Below are positions 20,721 to 30,339 of a stretch of 64,000 bases of DNA, piece by piece (the stretch's first letter is position 1; each line of letters opens with the position of its first letter). Source of the stretch: Candidatus Binatia bacterium. GTDB taxonomy: Bacteria > Desulfobacterota > Binatia > Bin18. Position numbers and translations under genes: made by a program. The stretch is taken from the NCBI GenBank assembly GCA_963666315.2, contig CAXXHG010000020.1, positions 9,339 through 73,338 of the forward strand, given 5' to 3'. The notes under the pieces were generated by a model. That model did not search any database and was not told where the DNA came from. It worked only from the letters and a program-made list of their open reading frames with translations.

Positions 20721-21911
20721 TCAGACAACATCTTCACTTCGCAAACGCTTTACATCTTGTGCCGAATAGCCGAGTAGAGTCGTCAGGATCTGCTCGGTAT
20801 GCTCGCCCAGCAAAGGCGGTGGCAACCGGTATTCGACCGGCGTGGCGGACAGCTTGAGCGGCGAGCCCGTTACATGGACCTCGCCGGCCGTTGGATGGGG
20901 CATGGACACCCGCATATCACGCGCACGGACCTGTGGGTCGGCGAAGACCTCGGCTATAGTCTGAATCGGGCCACAGGCAACGCCGGCATTCCGCATGTGC
21001 CGCAACCAGACCTCTACCTCGCGAGTGCGAAAAACATCTTGCAGCAGCGGAATGATAACGTCGCGATGTTGCACGCGGGCCGGATTGGTCGCAAAGCGTT
21101 CGTCACCAGCCAGTTCCGGCCGTTCGATGAGCTGACACAATTTTTGCCACTGTGCGTCATTTCCGACAGCCAAACAGAAAGAGCCGTCCTGCGCCTGGAA
21201 GGATTCATACGGCACAATCGACGGATGGGCATTGCCATAGCGGCCCGGTGGGTTTCCCGACACCAAATAATTACTGGCGACGTTCGCCAGCCAGCTGACT
21301 TGTACATCCAACAGAGAAATATCAATCGCTTGGCCTGTGCCCGTTTTCGTGCGGGCCAGCAGTGCGGCCTGTATCGCATTGGCCGCAAATAAACCGGCAG
21401 TGATGTCGGTGATGGCCACACCGACTTTCATCGACGCACCGTCCGCTTCTCCGGTGATACTCATCACTCCGCCTCGGCCCTGAATAATGAAATCGTAACC
21501 GGGCAAGTCTTTATCCGGACCTGTCTGGCCGTAGCCGGTAATGGAACAGTAGACGAGACCCTCGTTTTCTTGCTTGAGGTGCTCGTAGCCCAACCCGAGC
21601 GAGACCATTTCCCCGGCTTTAAAGTTTTCGATCAGGACATCACTGCTTTGGGCAAGACGACGGACGAGTTGACAACCAGTATCCGACTTAAGATTGATAG
21701 TAATACTCTTCTTATTGCGGTTGACGCACAGGTAGTACGCGCTCTCACCGCCGGCAAACGGCGGCCCCCAGGCGCGCGTATCGTCACCGCTTCTGGGCCG
21801 TTCTACTTTGATCACCTCAGCCCCAAGATCTCCCAGCAGCATGGCGCAGAACGGTCCGGCCAATATGCGCGAGAGGTCAAGTACACGAAATCCTTCTAAC
21901 GCTCGCAGCAT
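20721..21911 (-). CDS. CaiB/BaiF family (class III) CoA-transferase
   Basis: Motifs LDLSRILAGPFC, LGAEVIKVE, NRNKKS, GYDFIIQ, PPLLGEHT. Confidence 0.93.
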   Translation of the reverse strand: MLRALEGFRVLDLSRILAGPFCAMLLGDLGAEVIKVERPRSGDDTRAWGPPFAGGESAYYLCVNRNKKSITINLKSDTGCQLVRRLAQSSDVLIENFKAGEMVSLGLGYEHLKQENEGLVYCSITGYGQTGPDKDLPGYDFIIQGRGGVMSITGEADGASMKVGVAITDITAGLFAANAIQAALLARTKTGTGQAIDISLLDVQVSWLANVASNYLVSGNPPGRYGNAHPSIVPYESFQAQDGSFCLAVGNDAQWQKLCQLIERPELAGDERFATNPARVQHRDVIIPLLQDVFRTREVEVWLRHMRNAGVACGPIQTIAEVFADPQVRARDMRVSMPHPTAGEVHVTGSPLKLSATPVEYRLPPPLLGEHTEQILTTLLGYSAQDVKRLRSEDVV

Positions 21912-22149
21912 GATTTTTACTCCATATTGGAGGTACTCCACGTCGGAGGTGTACGCCGTAGGGCGATCGCTGCGCAATCCCCCTGACTTCTGAGCACGGT
22001 TTGAAAAAGCTTCTTGAAATATCCTTGGAAATTCTCTGCGGCGTTCACACCCTGCACCCAAATGTGGTATAGTTACCTGTGTACAGCTCATCGTCCGCAT
22101 GGGCTTGGAGTGGAATTGAAGATCCCGAGAGGATGTGGGGAGGTTGAGG

Positions 22150-22389
22150 ATGAAGGGAATATTCACCTATCAGTGTCAAGACTGCGAAGGATCGGTTACT
22201 CATGTTCCAAATGGCTGCTGTCCGATTTGTGGATCACAAGCTGTGGATCCACTCGGGTGGTGTCAGCTCTCCCCGGACGAGCGGATCAGTTGGCTTGGTC
22301 GGATACGTGGCCGCTTGCGCCGCTCTCACCAAGGCGATGGAACACCTGTTCCTTCTCCCCTCGCCTCAGTAGAACACGTCGTCAAGTAA
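22150..22389 (+). CDS. Small zinc-ribbon protein
   Basis: YQCQDC...CPICGS two-CxxC pattern; GAGG upstream. Confidence 0.55.
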   Translation: MKGIFTYQCQDCEGSVTHVPNGCCPICGSQAVDPLGWCQLSPDERISWLGRIRGRLRRSHQGDGTPVPSPLASVEHVVK

Positions 22390-22436
22390 GACAGACGTCG
22401 CGTAGACACGTCGTCGCGTAAATACGTTGTAGGGCA

Positions 22437-22469
22437 CAAAACAAAGAGGCGTCCCGTTAGGACGCCTCT
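22437..22469 (-). terminator. Rho-independent terminator
   Basis: AGAGGCGTCC-5nt-GGACGCCTCT followed by TTGTTTTG on the minus strand, downstream of the amidohydrolase stop. Confidence 0.7.
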
Positions 22470-22507
22470 CTATCTCTACTTGCCATACTTGGTACGCGCG
22501 CGCGTTG

Positions 22508-23611
22508 CTAGTCTAGGTTGTACAGCTCAGCCACGTTGTCGTGCAGAATCCAGTTCTTTTCCTGTTCCGTAAGATGGGCCGTATGTTTCTTCAGCAGTTC
22601 CTGTGAGTACGGCCAGGTCGAATCGCTGTGCGGGAAATCATTCGCCCACATCAGGCGACGCGGGTTGCACATATCCATCATCCGGAAAGCCACCCAATCG
22701 TCCTGAAAGGTGGTGTAGATATTCTCGCTGAAATATTCGCTCGGCATCCTGGACAATTCTTGGCCGGCTTTCAGCCAATAGCGATGCCGGTCATACGCGT
22801 GATCCATGCGGTACATATAGTGCGGCACCCAGCCTGCGTCCGCCTCGACACACACGATTTTCAGTTTGGGGTTACGCTCGAATACGCCGCCTAAGATAAA
22901 AGTCCCCATGAGGTCTTGGTTCCCGCGGATGATGGACAAGAAGCCGTTCAGCTTCGGCCCGCGCGCTGGCGTTCCCACAACATCTCCCTTACTGGTCAGA
23001 ATGTGGAAGCTGAGCGGCATTTCCATGTCTATTGTCGCGTCCCAGAACGGATCATAGATGGGGTCATCGTAGTCAGACAGCTGCGGGTTGCCCGGCATCA
23101 TCACCGCACGTAGTCCCAGCTCTTTTATTTTCCGAACATCTTGGATGCCTTCCTCAACTGAGCGCATGGCGGTTTGACCCTGACCGATAAGCCGATCCGG
23201 ATGAGCCGCGCAGTATTCAGCGATCCATTCGTTGTAGGCATCAAAGCAGGCTTTTTTGTAATCGAAGTCCGGGTGGTTGCACAGCAGCATACCGACTGTG
23301 GGGTAGATCACCTCGGCCGCCACGCCATCACGATCTTGATCAGCCATGCGCGCCTCCGGGTCCCAGCCGCCACGATGCAGATCTTCGAACTTAGCGCCAA
23401 ACATGGTGAGTTCCTCGGCCTTCTTCCCAGCCGCAGCAACGAGCCCCATGGGGATGGGCCGTTTCAGACCGTTGATGACAAAGAGGTCGCCCTTTTTTTC
23501 GTCCGAGACCATATGCGGCGCTGTATCCTTATACTTTTTATCGATACGGTCTATATACGTGCCCGGAGGCTCGGTGATATGCGAGTCAGAAGAAATTATG
23601 GGTTTGAGCAT
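22508..23611 (-). CDS. Amidohydrolase family 2 protein
   Basis: Motifs SSDSHITEP, EVIYPT, EADAGW, WANDFPHSD. Confidence 0.92.
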   Translation of the reverse strand: MLKPIISSDSHITEPPGTYIDRIDKKYKDTAPHMVSDEKKGDLFVINGLKRPIPMGLVAAAGKKAEELTMFGAKFEDLHRGGWDPEARMADQDRDGVAAEVIYPTVGMLLCNHPDFDYKKACFDAYNEWIAEYCAAHPDRLIGQGQTAMRSVEEGIQDVRKIKELGLRAVMMPGNPQLSDYDDPIYDPFWDATIDMEMPLSFHILTSKGDVVGTPARGPKLNGFLSIIRGNQDLMGTFILGGVFERNPKLKIVCVEADAGWVPHYMYRMDHAYDRHRYWLKAGQELSRMPSEYFSENIYTTFQDDWVAFRMMDMCNPRRLMWANDFPHSDSTWPYSQELLKKHTAHLTEQEKNWILHDNVAELYNLD

Positions 23612-23682
23612 TGAGCATTCTCCTAGATTTTGACATTCTCATTCCAGGCCGCAGCGCGCTGCGCCCCTCTATTTTATTTTGC

Positions 23683-24801
23683 TTATTTTGCGGAGAACAG
23701 CGTCTCCTCACTCGGCACGGCCTTATGCGGGTTGAAGTACGGAATCACGTACTGCCCGATCCGGCTGATAGATCGCATGATATTCTTGTGTGGAATGTGG
23801 CCTGCCTGCTTGAAGAAGATCACCTGATCCAGGCCTGCCTGGGCAAAGGTCTCAAGTTTCCGATTGACCTCGTCCGGGTTGCCCACCGTCACCATCGGGT
23901 GCTCTTTCAGCTGGGCATCCGTCAGATCATTAGCATCGGCCTCAAGGTCAAACAAGCTGCGTAGATATTCGTAGGAATAGAGATTATTCTTCACCATCAG
24001 TGGCTCAAACAACTTGGCTACGTTGTGCAGAAACCAGCGCGCCCCATCGAGACCAATAGTCTCTTCTTCTTTGTTCTCGGCAACATGGCAAATGGCAACA
24101 CCGGCAAAGCGCTCGTTAATGACTTTGACAACAACGTCGGTTCGGTCCGTACACTTCTCACGATAGGTTTCCATGGCTTTCTGGACTTGTTCCCAGTTGA
24201 AGTTAAAGCTGAGCACGCCCAGACCACGGTCGGCCGCCATCTCATAGCTGTCCGGGGCTACACACGCCATCCACATCGGCGGATGCGGCTCCTGGATCGG
24301 TTTAGGCACCACGCGCCGCGGCGGAATCTGAATCGTCTGGCCGTTGTATTCGAGAATATCCTCAGTCCAGGCTTTGACAATCACGTCCAGCGCTTCCCGC
24401 ACTTCGAGTCGGGTCCGGTCGTAATCCACGCCAAAGCCATCTAACTCCTGGGCTGTGGTCGAGCGCCCGGTGCCGAGGTCCATACGACCATTGCTCAGAA
24501 TGTCCAGCACGGCGGCTTGTTCAGCCACTTTAATCGGATGATTGAACCGATGGGGTAAGAGGCGCACACCGTGAGCAAGGCGAATATTCTTAGTCCGCTG
24601 CGATACGGCACCATAGAACACCTCGGGAGCCGGGCTATGCGAATATTCTTCCAGGAAATGGTGTTCGACTTCCCACACATAGTCAAAGCCGACCTTGTCG
24701 GCCAGCTCAATCTGCGCCAGTGCTTCGTGGTAGATGTTGTACTCGCTCAGCTTGTTCCACGGCCGCGGAGTCTCCATTTCATACAGCATGCCGAATTGCA
24801 T
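23683..24801 (-). CDS. LLM class flavin-dependent oxidoreductase
   Basis: Motifs WEVEHHF, HPIKVAE, LSNGRMDLGTGR, PKPIQEPHPP. Confidence 0.92.
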   Translation of the reverse strand: MQFGMLYEMETPRPWNKLSEYNIYHEALAQIELADKVGFDYVWEVEHHFLEEYSHSPAPEVFYGAVSQRTKNIRLAHGVRLLPHRFNHPIKVAEQAAVLDILSNGRMDLGTGRSTTAQELDGFGVDYDRTRLEVREALDVIVKAWTEDILEYNGQTIQIPPRRVVPKPIQEPHPPMWMACVAPDSYEMAADRGLGVLSFNFNWEQVQKAMETYREKCTDRTDVVVKVINERFAGVAICHVAENKEEETIGLDGARWFLHNVAKLFEPLMVKNNLYSYEYLRSLFDLEADANDLTDAQLKEHPMVTVGNPDEVNRKLETFAQAGLDQVIFFKQAGHIPHKNIMRSISRIGQYVIPYFNPHKAVPSEETLFSAK

Positions 24802-24880
24802 AACGTGCTCCTTTCTATGGTTAGTTATTTCTTTTTCTTAGCTCCCTAATGATTCATACCCTGATTCATACCTGCATCCT

Positions 24881-26032
24881 TTATAGCCCGTAGATCCGCG
24901 CCACATTTTCACTCAGGACTTTGCGCCGAGTTTCTTCAGACAGTGCTTCCACCATTGTTGCCAAGTCTTTGATGTAGTCACACGTATGGTCGTCGTGCGG
25001 AAAATCACTCGCCCAAAAGAATTTGTCCGGACCAATATACTCAATCAGATACGGGAGGGCGCGTTCATCCGGATCAGCCGAAATCCAGCATTGGCGTCGA
25101 AAATAATAACTCGGGACTTCTTTGAGCGGCACGCTCCTGCCGAGAGGCGTCTTATAGGCTGCATCCATGCGGTCCAGCATCTGGCCTATCCAGCCCGCGC
25201 CTGACTCCAATATCACCACTTTGACTTGAGGAAAGCGGTCGAACAGGCCGTACTGAAAAAGCCCCAGAAACGCTTGCTGGGGCCCTTGGCCGCCGAGCAT
25301 ATCGACCCACCATTCGCCCCATTTATACATCCCGCGAAAGCGTTGATAGACACGCCGCTTCGGCGGTTCAGCGACCGGATGGATACCAATCGGCACGTCG
25401 AGATCCTGAGCCGCAGCCCAGAATGGATCATGATCTGTATGCCCATGGGCTTTATCCGTCAGCGTATACGGCGATACAAAAGCGCCTTTGGCCCCAGCCT
25501 TGACCGCCCGTTCTAATTCTTGCGCCGCAGCCTCACCTGTCGTGAGGCAGATATGGGCAATCGGAATCAGCCGGCCATTCGAATCGGAACAAAAATCAAC
25601 GATCCAACGGTTGTAGGCCCGAGTGTAGGCTGTGGCCAGATCGAGATCGGTGACTTCGGCTTCCCACTCCAGACAAATGGTTGGATAGATCAGCGCTTTG
25701 ACCAGATTTTCCTGGTCCAGCAAAACTAGCCGTTCTTGGGGATCGTTCCCGCCAAACGGGATACTTTTCGTATAGCCCTTTTGCTTAATGACATTCCGCT
25801 CTTCAAACGTACTGCCCATGCTCCGACCACGAGCCAGGATTTCAGCATCAAAATCGCGCGAGCGTTTTCCGTCAAGTTCTAAGTGGTCCAGCCCATCCGG
25901 TCCGGGTCGAATCCGGATCGCGCGGTCGCGAAACTCAGGTTCAAGATAGCGCTCCCACAGATCTGCGGGTTCGTTGATATGGCCATCTGCGTCGATGACC
26001 CCTTCGTAAGGTAGACGTGATGTTTGAAACAT
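24881..26032 (-). CDS. Amidohydrolase family 2 protein
   Basis: Motifs IDADGHINEP, ESGAGW, WASDFPHDD. Confidence 0.92.
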   Translation of the reverse strand: MFQTSRLPYEGVIDADGHINEPADLWERYLEPEFRDRAIRIRPGPDGLDHLELDGKRSRDFDAEILARGRSMGSTFEERNVIKQKGYTKSIPFGGNDPQERLVLLDQENLVKALIYPTICLEWEAEVTDLDLATAYTRAYNRWIVDFCSDSNGRLIPIAHICLTTGEAAAQELERAVKAGAKGAFVSPYTLTDKAHGHTDHDPFWAAAQDLDVPIGIHPVAEPPKRRVYQRFRGMYKWGEWWVDMLGGQGPQQAFLGLFQYGLFDRFPQVKVVILESGAGWIGQMLDRMDAAYKTPLGRSVPLKEVPSYYFRRQCWISADPDERALPYLIEYIGPDKFFWASDFPHDDHTCDYIKDLATMVEALSEETRRKVLSENVARIYGL

Positions 26033-26128
26033 CTTACCTCCTAGGTGAATTGGCCAGTTCGTTTTTGAAACTCAAGAGCATTGTTATAGCGCGGTTCTAT
26101 GAGTGTCAATCCGAAATCAATTCTGAAA

Positions 26129-26671
26129 TCAATCCGAGAGCTTGACCGCATTTTGAAAAAAATCTAGGACTTGTGTGGCTAATTCGTCGGCCTGGGAATT
26201 CAGCTCGTCTTCAGTCAAGTTGGCGATAGGGTGCGAGGTCACCAGAAACTGATAGTCCTGCACGCCCCAGCTTGCCGCCATAGCCTGCCCAGTGCCGACA
26301 AACGGCGTTGTCACAATAGACGCGGTTGGAATGCCGGCTTGTTCTAATTTGAGTCCGTCGAGCACACTGCTCGAACTACACGAGCCTCAATCACCTACTC
26401 CGGACAGGACGAGATCAACCTGTTCCCGAAAAAGCGAAATCGCCTCCGCGCTCACAGCATGGCCGGATGATTTCTTACGGTCCAGGTACACCATGCGTAT
26501 GCCATGGCGCTGCTCCAGCCGCTCAGCAACTTTGCACAGCAGCTCTTTCGAGTTGAACTTCGTATTTTCAACCAGGCCAAGGCGTAAACCTTGCAGCGAT
26601 GCCAGTCTCGGCGCATAGGAAAATGGAGTCGTCCCCAACGGCATGCGAGGATCAAAAACCGTGCGATGCAT
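26129..26671 (-). CDS. UGSC-motif selenoprotein (Sec at TGA 26389-26387)
   Basis: ORFs 26387-26671 and 26129-26365 are one frame: SGVGD-TGA-GSCSSSSVLDGLKLEQAGIPTASIVT; hairpin follows the TGA. Confidence 0.85.
26357..26376 (-). promoter_or_regulatory. Candidate bacterial SECIS element
   Basis: G-U(bulge)-UCGAGCA-gug-UGCUCGA-C at +11 to +30 after the UGA; loop G at +20. Confidence 0.65.
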
Positions 26672-26726
26672 AGACCACCTCCTGTTAGAGTTCCTTCTCT
26701 CTTTTATGGAGTTTTGTTCATGGCTC

Positions 26727-27764
26727 TTAGCCTACCAACTCGGTCACACAGCGCGTCCATTTATTGCCCCAGCCGGGCAAACACGCCGACCAACTCCCGC
26801 CTTGCGCACCAGCACATACAATTAATAAGTCATCCGGGTCACTCATCACATAGCGCCAGGTTGTTTCATCTTCTGTAGTTATCTCACCGGGCAGCCGCCC
26901 GGCCCGTTTGAAATCCGCCACGCAACGACGTGCGTGTTGAATGACAAACTCTTGGACTTGCTGCCGGCTCCAGCCACTCTGTCTCATGATCTCGGCGTGC
27001 TCGCCTGCGAGCACCATCAGCGTTTGATTAAAACCATACACATTCGGTGTAGCCAGATTGCAGACTGCAGCAGCGAATTCCAAGAGTAAGGGCTCAGGCT
27101 CACGGGCGAGTTGATTATACACACCCATCAGAGTATTGGACGCGTACAACGTCACCGTACTGTCTTCGGGTTGAAAGCCGCGCTCAACGTGCAGCGGCTG
27201 CCAGGGATGCTCGACTTCGTTTTCCGCAAAACAAAATGTATACTTGCCAGGAGAGCCCAGGGTGGCTTTGTCCAATAAAACCGGTCGCGTGTTCAGCACG
27301 TTGAGCATCACCAGACGCAGCGCACGTCCAATCGTCGCATTGGCCCGCACTCCCGGTCCAAACGCATTATGCGTCGCGTTAATACCGAGCTCGGGACCAA
27401 TCGGCCCGTTCACAATGAGTGTCAGTGCTGATCCCCCGGTACTGGTTGCCGGGTTATGATAATGAAACTCGGGCCGGCACAGACAACGCACCGCAGCCAA
27501 CACCACCGGAAAGTATTCGGCTAAGCAGCCGGCCATAACGGCGTTGATGGCCACCTTCTCAGCCGGAATCGTCGCGTTTCGTTCAGCTATCGTCCCGATA
27601 ATCTCGCTCGCTTTGACCTTCCCAGCCGCAAGCATGGCCTCGATCGATTTTTCCGTCGGCGGGACGAGCGGCAGACCGTCACTCCAGCCTTGCTGGTAAT
27701 AGAATTCGATCCAGGCCGCAGCTTCGCTGGGGTCGGTTGATGGCGGAGTAATTTCCTCGTTCAT
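26727..27764 (-). CDS. UGSC-associated conserved protein (GWxDGLP-PPT family)
   Basis: Motifs GWSDGLPLVPPT, KVAINAVMAGC, RANATIGRALRL, FAENE; directly upstream of the UGSC gene. Confidence 0.75.
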   Translation of the reverse strand: MNEEITPPSTDPSEAAAWIEFYYQQGWSDGLPLVPPTEKSIEAMLAAGKVKASEIIGTIAERNATIPAEKVAINAVMAGCLAEYFPVVLAAVRCLCRPEFHYHNPATSTGGSALTLIVNGPIGPELGINATHNAFGPGVRANATIGRALRLVMLNVLNTRPVLLDKATLGSPGKYTFCFAENEVEHPWQPLHVERGFQPEDSTVTLYASNTLMGVYNQLAREPEPLLLEFAAAVCNLATPNVYGFNQTLMVLAGEHAEIMRQSGWSRQQVQEFVIQHARRCVADFKRAGRLPGEITTEDETTWRYVMSDPDDLLIVCAGAQGGSWSACLPGWGNKWTRCVTELVG

Positions 27765-28033
27765 GCGGAACCTTTTAGGAGACTTACATTACCAACACAT
27801 AGATAGAAAGAACAATCAGGTGACGTTCCTAGCATGTCCCCACTACCCACGCGTCCCTGGCCTAACAGCGTCTCCAGTAGAGGCGAAGCATTTTGTTGAC
27901 TGCTCACCGAGTCGTTTAGAATCCGCGAGAAATGCTTCGCCCCTACGAACCCCAGCCCGAAGGAGCAGTTAGGCAGCTACGCTGTCGTGTGTTATGGAAT
28001 GCCAATACTTTTTTGCTACGTAAGGACTATTTC

Positions 28034-29071
28034 ATGTCGCACCGCTTTATGACTCTGCCTGAAATTCGACGTGCCGCCAAAACCATCCTGCCGCCCGGGC
28101 CGTGGGCGTTTGGCGATGGGGGTGCGGAAACCGAGACCACACTGCGTCGAAACCGGAGTGCACTGAAACAGTTAGCCATCCGGCAGCGCGTGCTGCGTGA
28201 TGTCCGTCATGTTGATATCAGCACCACCTTCTTGGGACTTGAACTACCCACGCCATTTGCCATCGCGCCCATGGGCAGGCTGATTTTGCTCCATCCCGAG
28301 GGTGATCTCGAAATGGTCCGAGGCGCCAGCCCGAGCCGTAATCTGGCATTCGTGAGCGGCGTTACAGGCTGGTCGGTTGAGACGCTGGCTCAGGAGGCGC
28401 GCGGGCCGTTGATGTACCAACTCTACTTCTCCGGGCCACGTTCCTGGTGCCAGGATCTGCTCGCTCGGGTCGAAGCCTGTGGCTACCACGCCGTATGTCT
28501 GACGGTCGATGTCCAAACCTATAGTCGGCGCGAACGTGATATTGAACTGCGCTTTAACCCGCAGAGCGTCCACAATTTAGCGCCGAACGATCAACCCCCC
28601 GAGTTCGGCTATCAGGCCCGTCTCACCTGGGACGACGTAGCTTGGCTCAAAAGCATTCTGTCTGTCCCACTTGGTCTGAAAGGTATTCTCACGCCCGAAG
28701 ACGCCAAGCTTGCGGTCCAGGCCGGGGTCGACATCATTTGGGTCTCGAATCACGGTGGGCGTCAGCTCGATTCCACCCTGGCAACGATAGCCGTCTTACC
28801 CGAGATTATTGAGGCCGTTGACGGGCGGGCCCAGATTATTATTGACGGCGGCTTTCGGCGTGGTACGGACATTATTAAGGCGCTGGCTTTGGGTGCAGAT
28901 ATCGTTGCCTTAGGACGGCCTATGTTGTGGGGTCTGGCCGCAGACGGTGCGGCCGGCGTACACCGGACTATCGAATTATTCCGTGACGAACTGGAAACCA
29001 ACCTGGCCTTATGTGGCCAAACCAGCGTGCGCAACCTAGAGCCCAATCTGATTCGGCAGGTAGATTACTGA
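28034..29071 (+). CDS. FMN-dependent alpha-hydroxy acid oxidase/dehydrogenase
   Basis: Motifs LTVD, LKGI, VSNHGGRQLD, DGGFRRGTDIIKALALGA. Confidence 0.92.
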   Translation: MSHRFMTLPEIRRAAKTILPPGPWAFGDGGAETETTLRRNRSALKQLAIRQRVLRDVRHVDISTTFLGLELPTPFAIAPMGRLILLHPEGDLEMVRGASPSRNLAFVSGVTGWSVETLAQEARGPLMYQLYFSGPRSWCQDLLARVEACGYHAVCLTVDVQTYSRRERDIELRFNPQSVHNLAPNDQPPEFGYQARLTWDDVAWLKSILSVPLGLKGILTPEDAKLAVQAGVDIIWVSNHGGRQLDSTLATIAVLPEIIEAVDGRAQIIIDGGFRRGTDIIKALALGADIVALGRPMLWGLAADGAAGVHRTIELFRDELETNLALCGQTSVRNLEPNLIRQVDY

Positions 29072-29158
29072 GGCAGCGAATCTAGTCGTTGACATGTGCC
29101 GGAGCACGAAATGTTGCGCCCCAGCGGGGCTGCGCCCAGTCTTCCCCCGTCTGGATTC

Positions 29159-29304
29159 TCTAGATTCATAAACCAAGTGCAACACCAGCCTGATAAGGTG
29201 TTGTCATGGACAAGAGATACAGACAACCTTCACTTGAGGAGCGGTGTAAGATTGCCGGTCTTCAAGACGCGGGGAGCTCGCTCCGGCAAAATCACCTCGT
29301 TTAG
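29159..29304 (+). mobile_element. IS30-family insertion sequence remnant (left end plus transposase N-terminus)
   Basis: IR-like TCTAGATTCATAAACCAAGTGCAACACC, then ATG at 29206 encoding MDKRYRQPSLEERCKIAGLQDAGSSLRQ, which resembles the IS30 N-terminal HTH, then truncation. Confidence 0.6.
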
Positions 29305-29400
29305 AAGAGCTCGGTATCGAAGTTTTAGCCCGTCGCGTCGTGTATGCCGCAGAAGGCGTTGCCTTACGGCTCGAGGGAAAAACACGCTGAGAGGTGCGCA

Positions 29401-30267
29401 ATGAAAGTCTGGCTTGATGGCGATATTGTTGAGGGACATGAAGCAAAGATCTCCGTCTTTGATCACGGTCGGCTATACGGAGACGGGGTGTTCGAAGGGC
29501 TGCGTATATTGAATCGGCGCGTGTTCCGGCTGAATGACCATCTGCGCCGTATGGCCGTATCAGCTAAAGCCATCGGACTCACGCTTCCCCTGCCCTCAGA
29601 GGAGATCGGCAGCATAGTCCTGCAAACAGCCCGAGCCTTTGACCACGACGAGGCATATATCCGCTTATTCATCACACGAAGTGAGGAGCCACCGGGCGTT
29701 GATCCCACGCCCTGCCGCGAGCCACGCATCATCTGTATTGTCGATCACCTCAGCATGTTTCCACAAGAAAAAATGGAGCACGGCATCGACATGCTCACGT
29801 CGACCCTGCGCCGGCCTTCACCCGACGTCCTCGACCCACGTATCAGAAGCCTCAACTACCTCAATAACGTCCTGGCAAAGCAGGAAGCACGCCTGCGAGG
29901 TCTGGACGATGCGCTGCTGCTCAATCAATCCGGTACGGTCGCAGAAGCCAGCGGAGCCAATATTTTCACGGTCCTGCAAGGCGTCCTGTCTACCCCGCCG
30001 TCGCACGACGGGGCACTCGAAGGGATTACGCGTGACAGCGTGCTCCAATGCGCGACAGAACTCGGCATCCCCGCGCGTGAAGCCACCCTGAGCCGCTACG
30101 ACCTATTTAAGGCTGACGAAGTCTTCCTGACAGGTACGGGGGCACGCATGGTCCCGGTTGCTAGCCTGGACGGACACCCGGTGGGTGGCCAACACTGTGG
30201 TCCGCTGACGGCTCAACTGAGTACGGCTTTGGCTCGCTATTCTCAGCTGAACGGGATTCCTTTTTAA
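29401..30267 (+). CDS. ilvE: Branched-chain amino acid aminotransferase (class IV), catalytic Lys replaced by Arg
   Basis: Motifs YGDGVFEG, EASGANIF, LEGITR, ADEVFLTGT; IRSLNY where KSLNY is expected. Confidence 0.85.
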   Translation: MKVWLDGDIVEGHEAKISVFDHGRLYGDGVFEGLRILNRRVFRLNDHLRRMAVSAKAIGLTLPLPSEEIGSIVLQTARAFDHDEAYIRLFITRSEEPPGVDPTPCREPRIICIVDHLSMFPQEKMEHGIDMLTSTLRRPSPDVLDPRIRSLNYLNNVLAKQEARLRGLDDALLLNQSGTVAEASGANIFTVLQGVLSTPPSHDGALEGITRDSVLQCATELGIPAREATLSRYDLFKADEVFLTGTGARMVPVASLDGHPVGGQHCGPLTAQLSTALARYSQLNGIPF

Positions 30268-30293
30268 GAAGACGCTAGACACGAAACCCTGTT

Positions 30294-30339
30294 TTGACAG
30301 ATGCTATTTCCTGCTGTAACCTTCAACCATATGGTTGAA
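30294..30339 (+). promoter_or_regulatory. Sigma70-like promoter plus perfect 18-bp palindromic operator over the ArsR start codon
   Basis: TTGACA-17nt-TAACCT; TTCAACCATATGGTTGAA at 30322-30339. Confidence 0.65.

Noticed and set aside
21912-22166. 85-aa N-terminal extension of the CoA-transferase
   Set aside because: Family homology starts at MLRALEG, and the extension overlaps the divergent zinc-ribbon gene and its promoter region
29160-29400. Riboswitch or T-box upstream of ilvE
   Set aside because: No SAM, glycine, cobalamin or T-box consensus recognised; better explained by an IS30 remnant plus a gene tail
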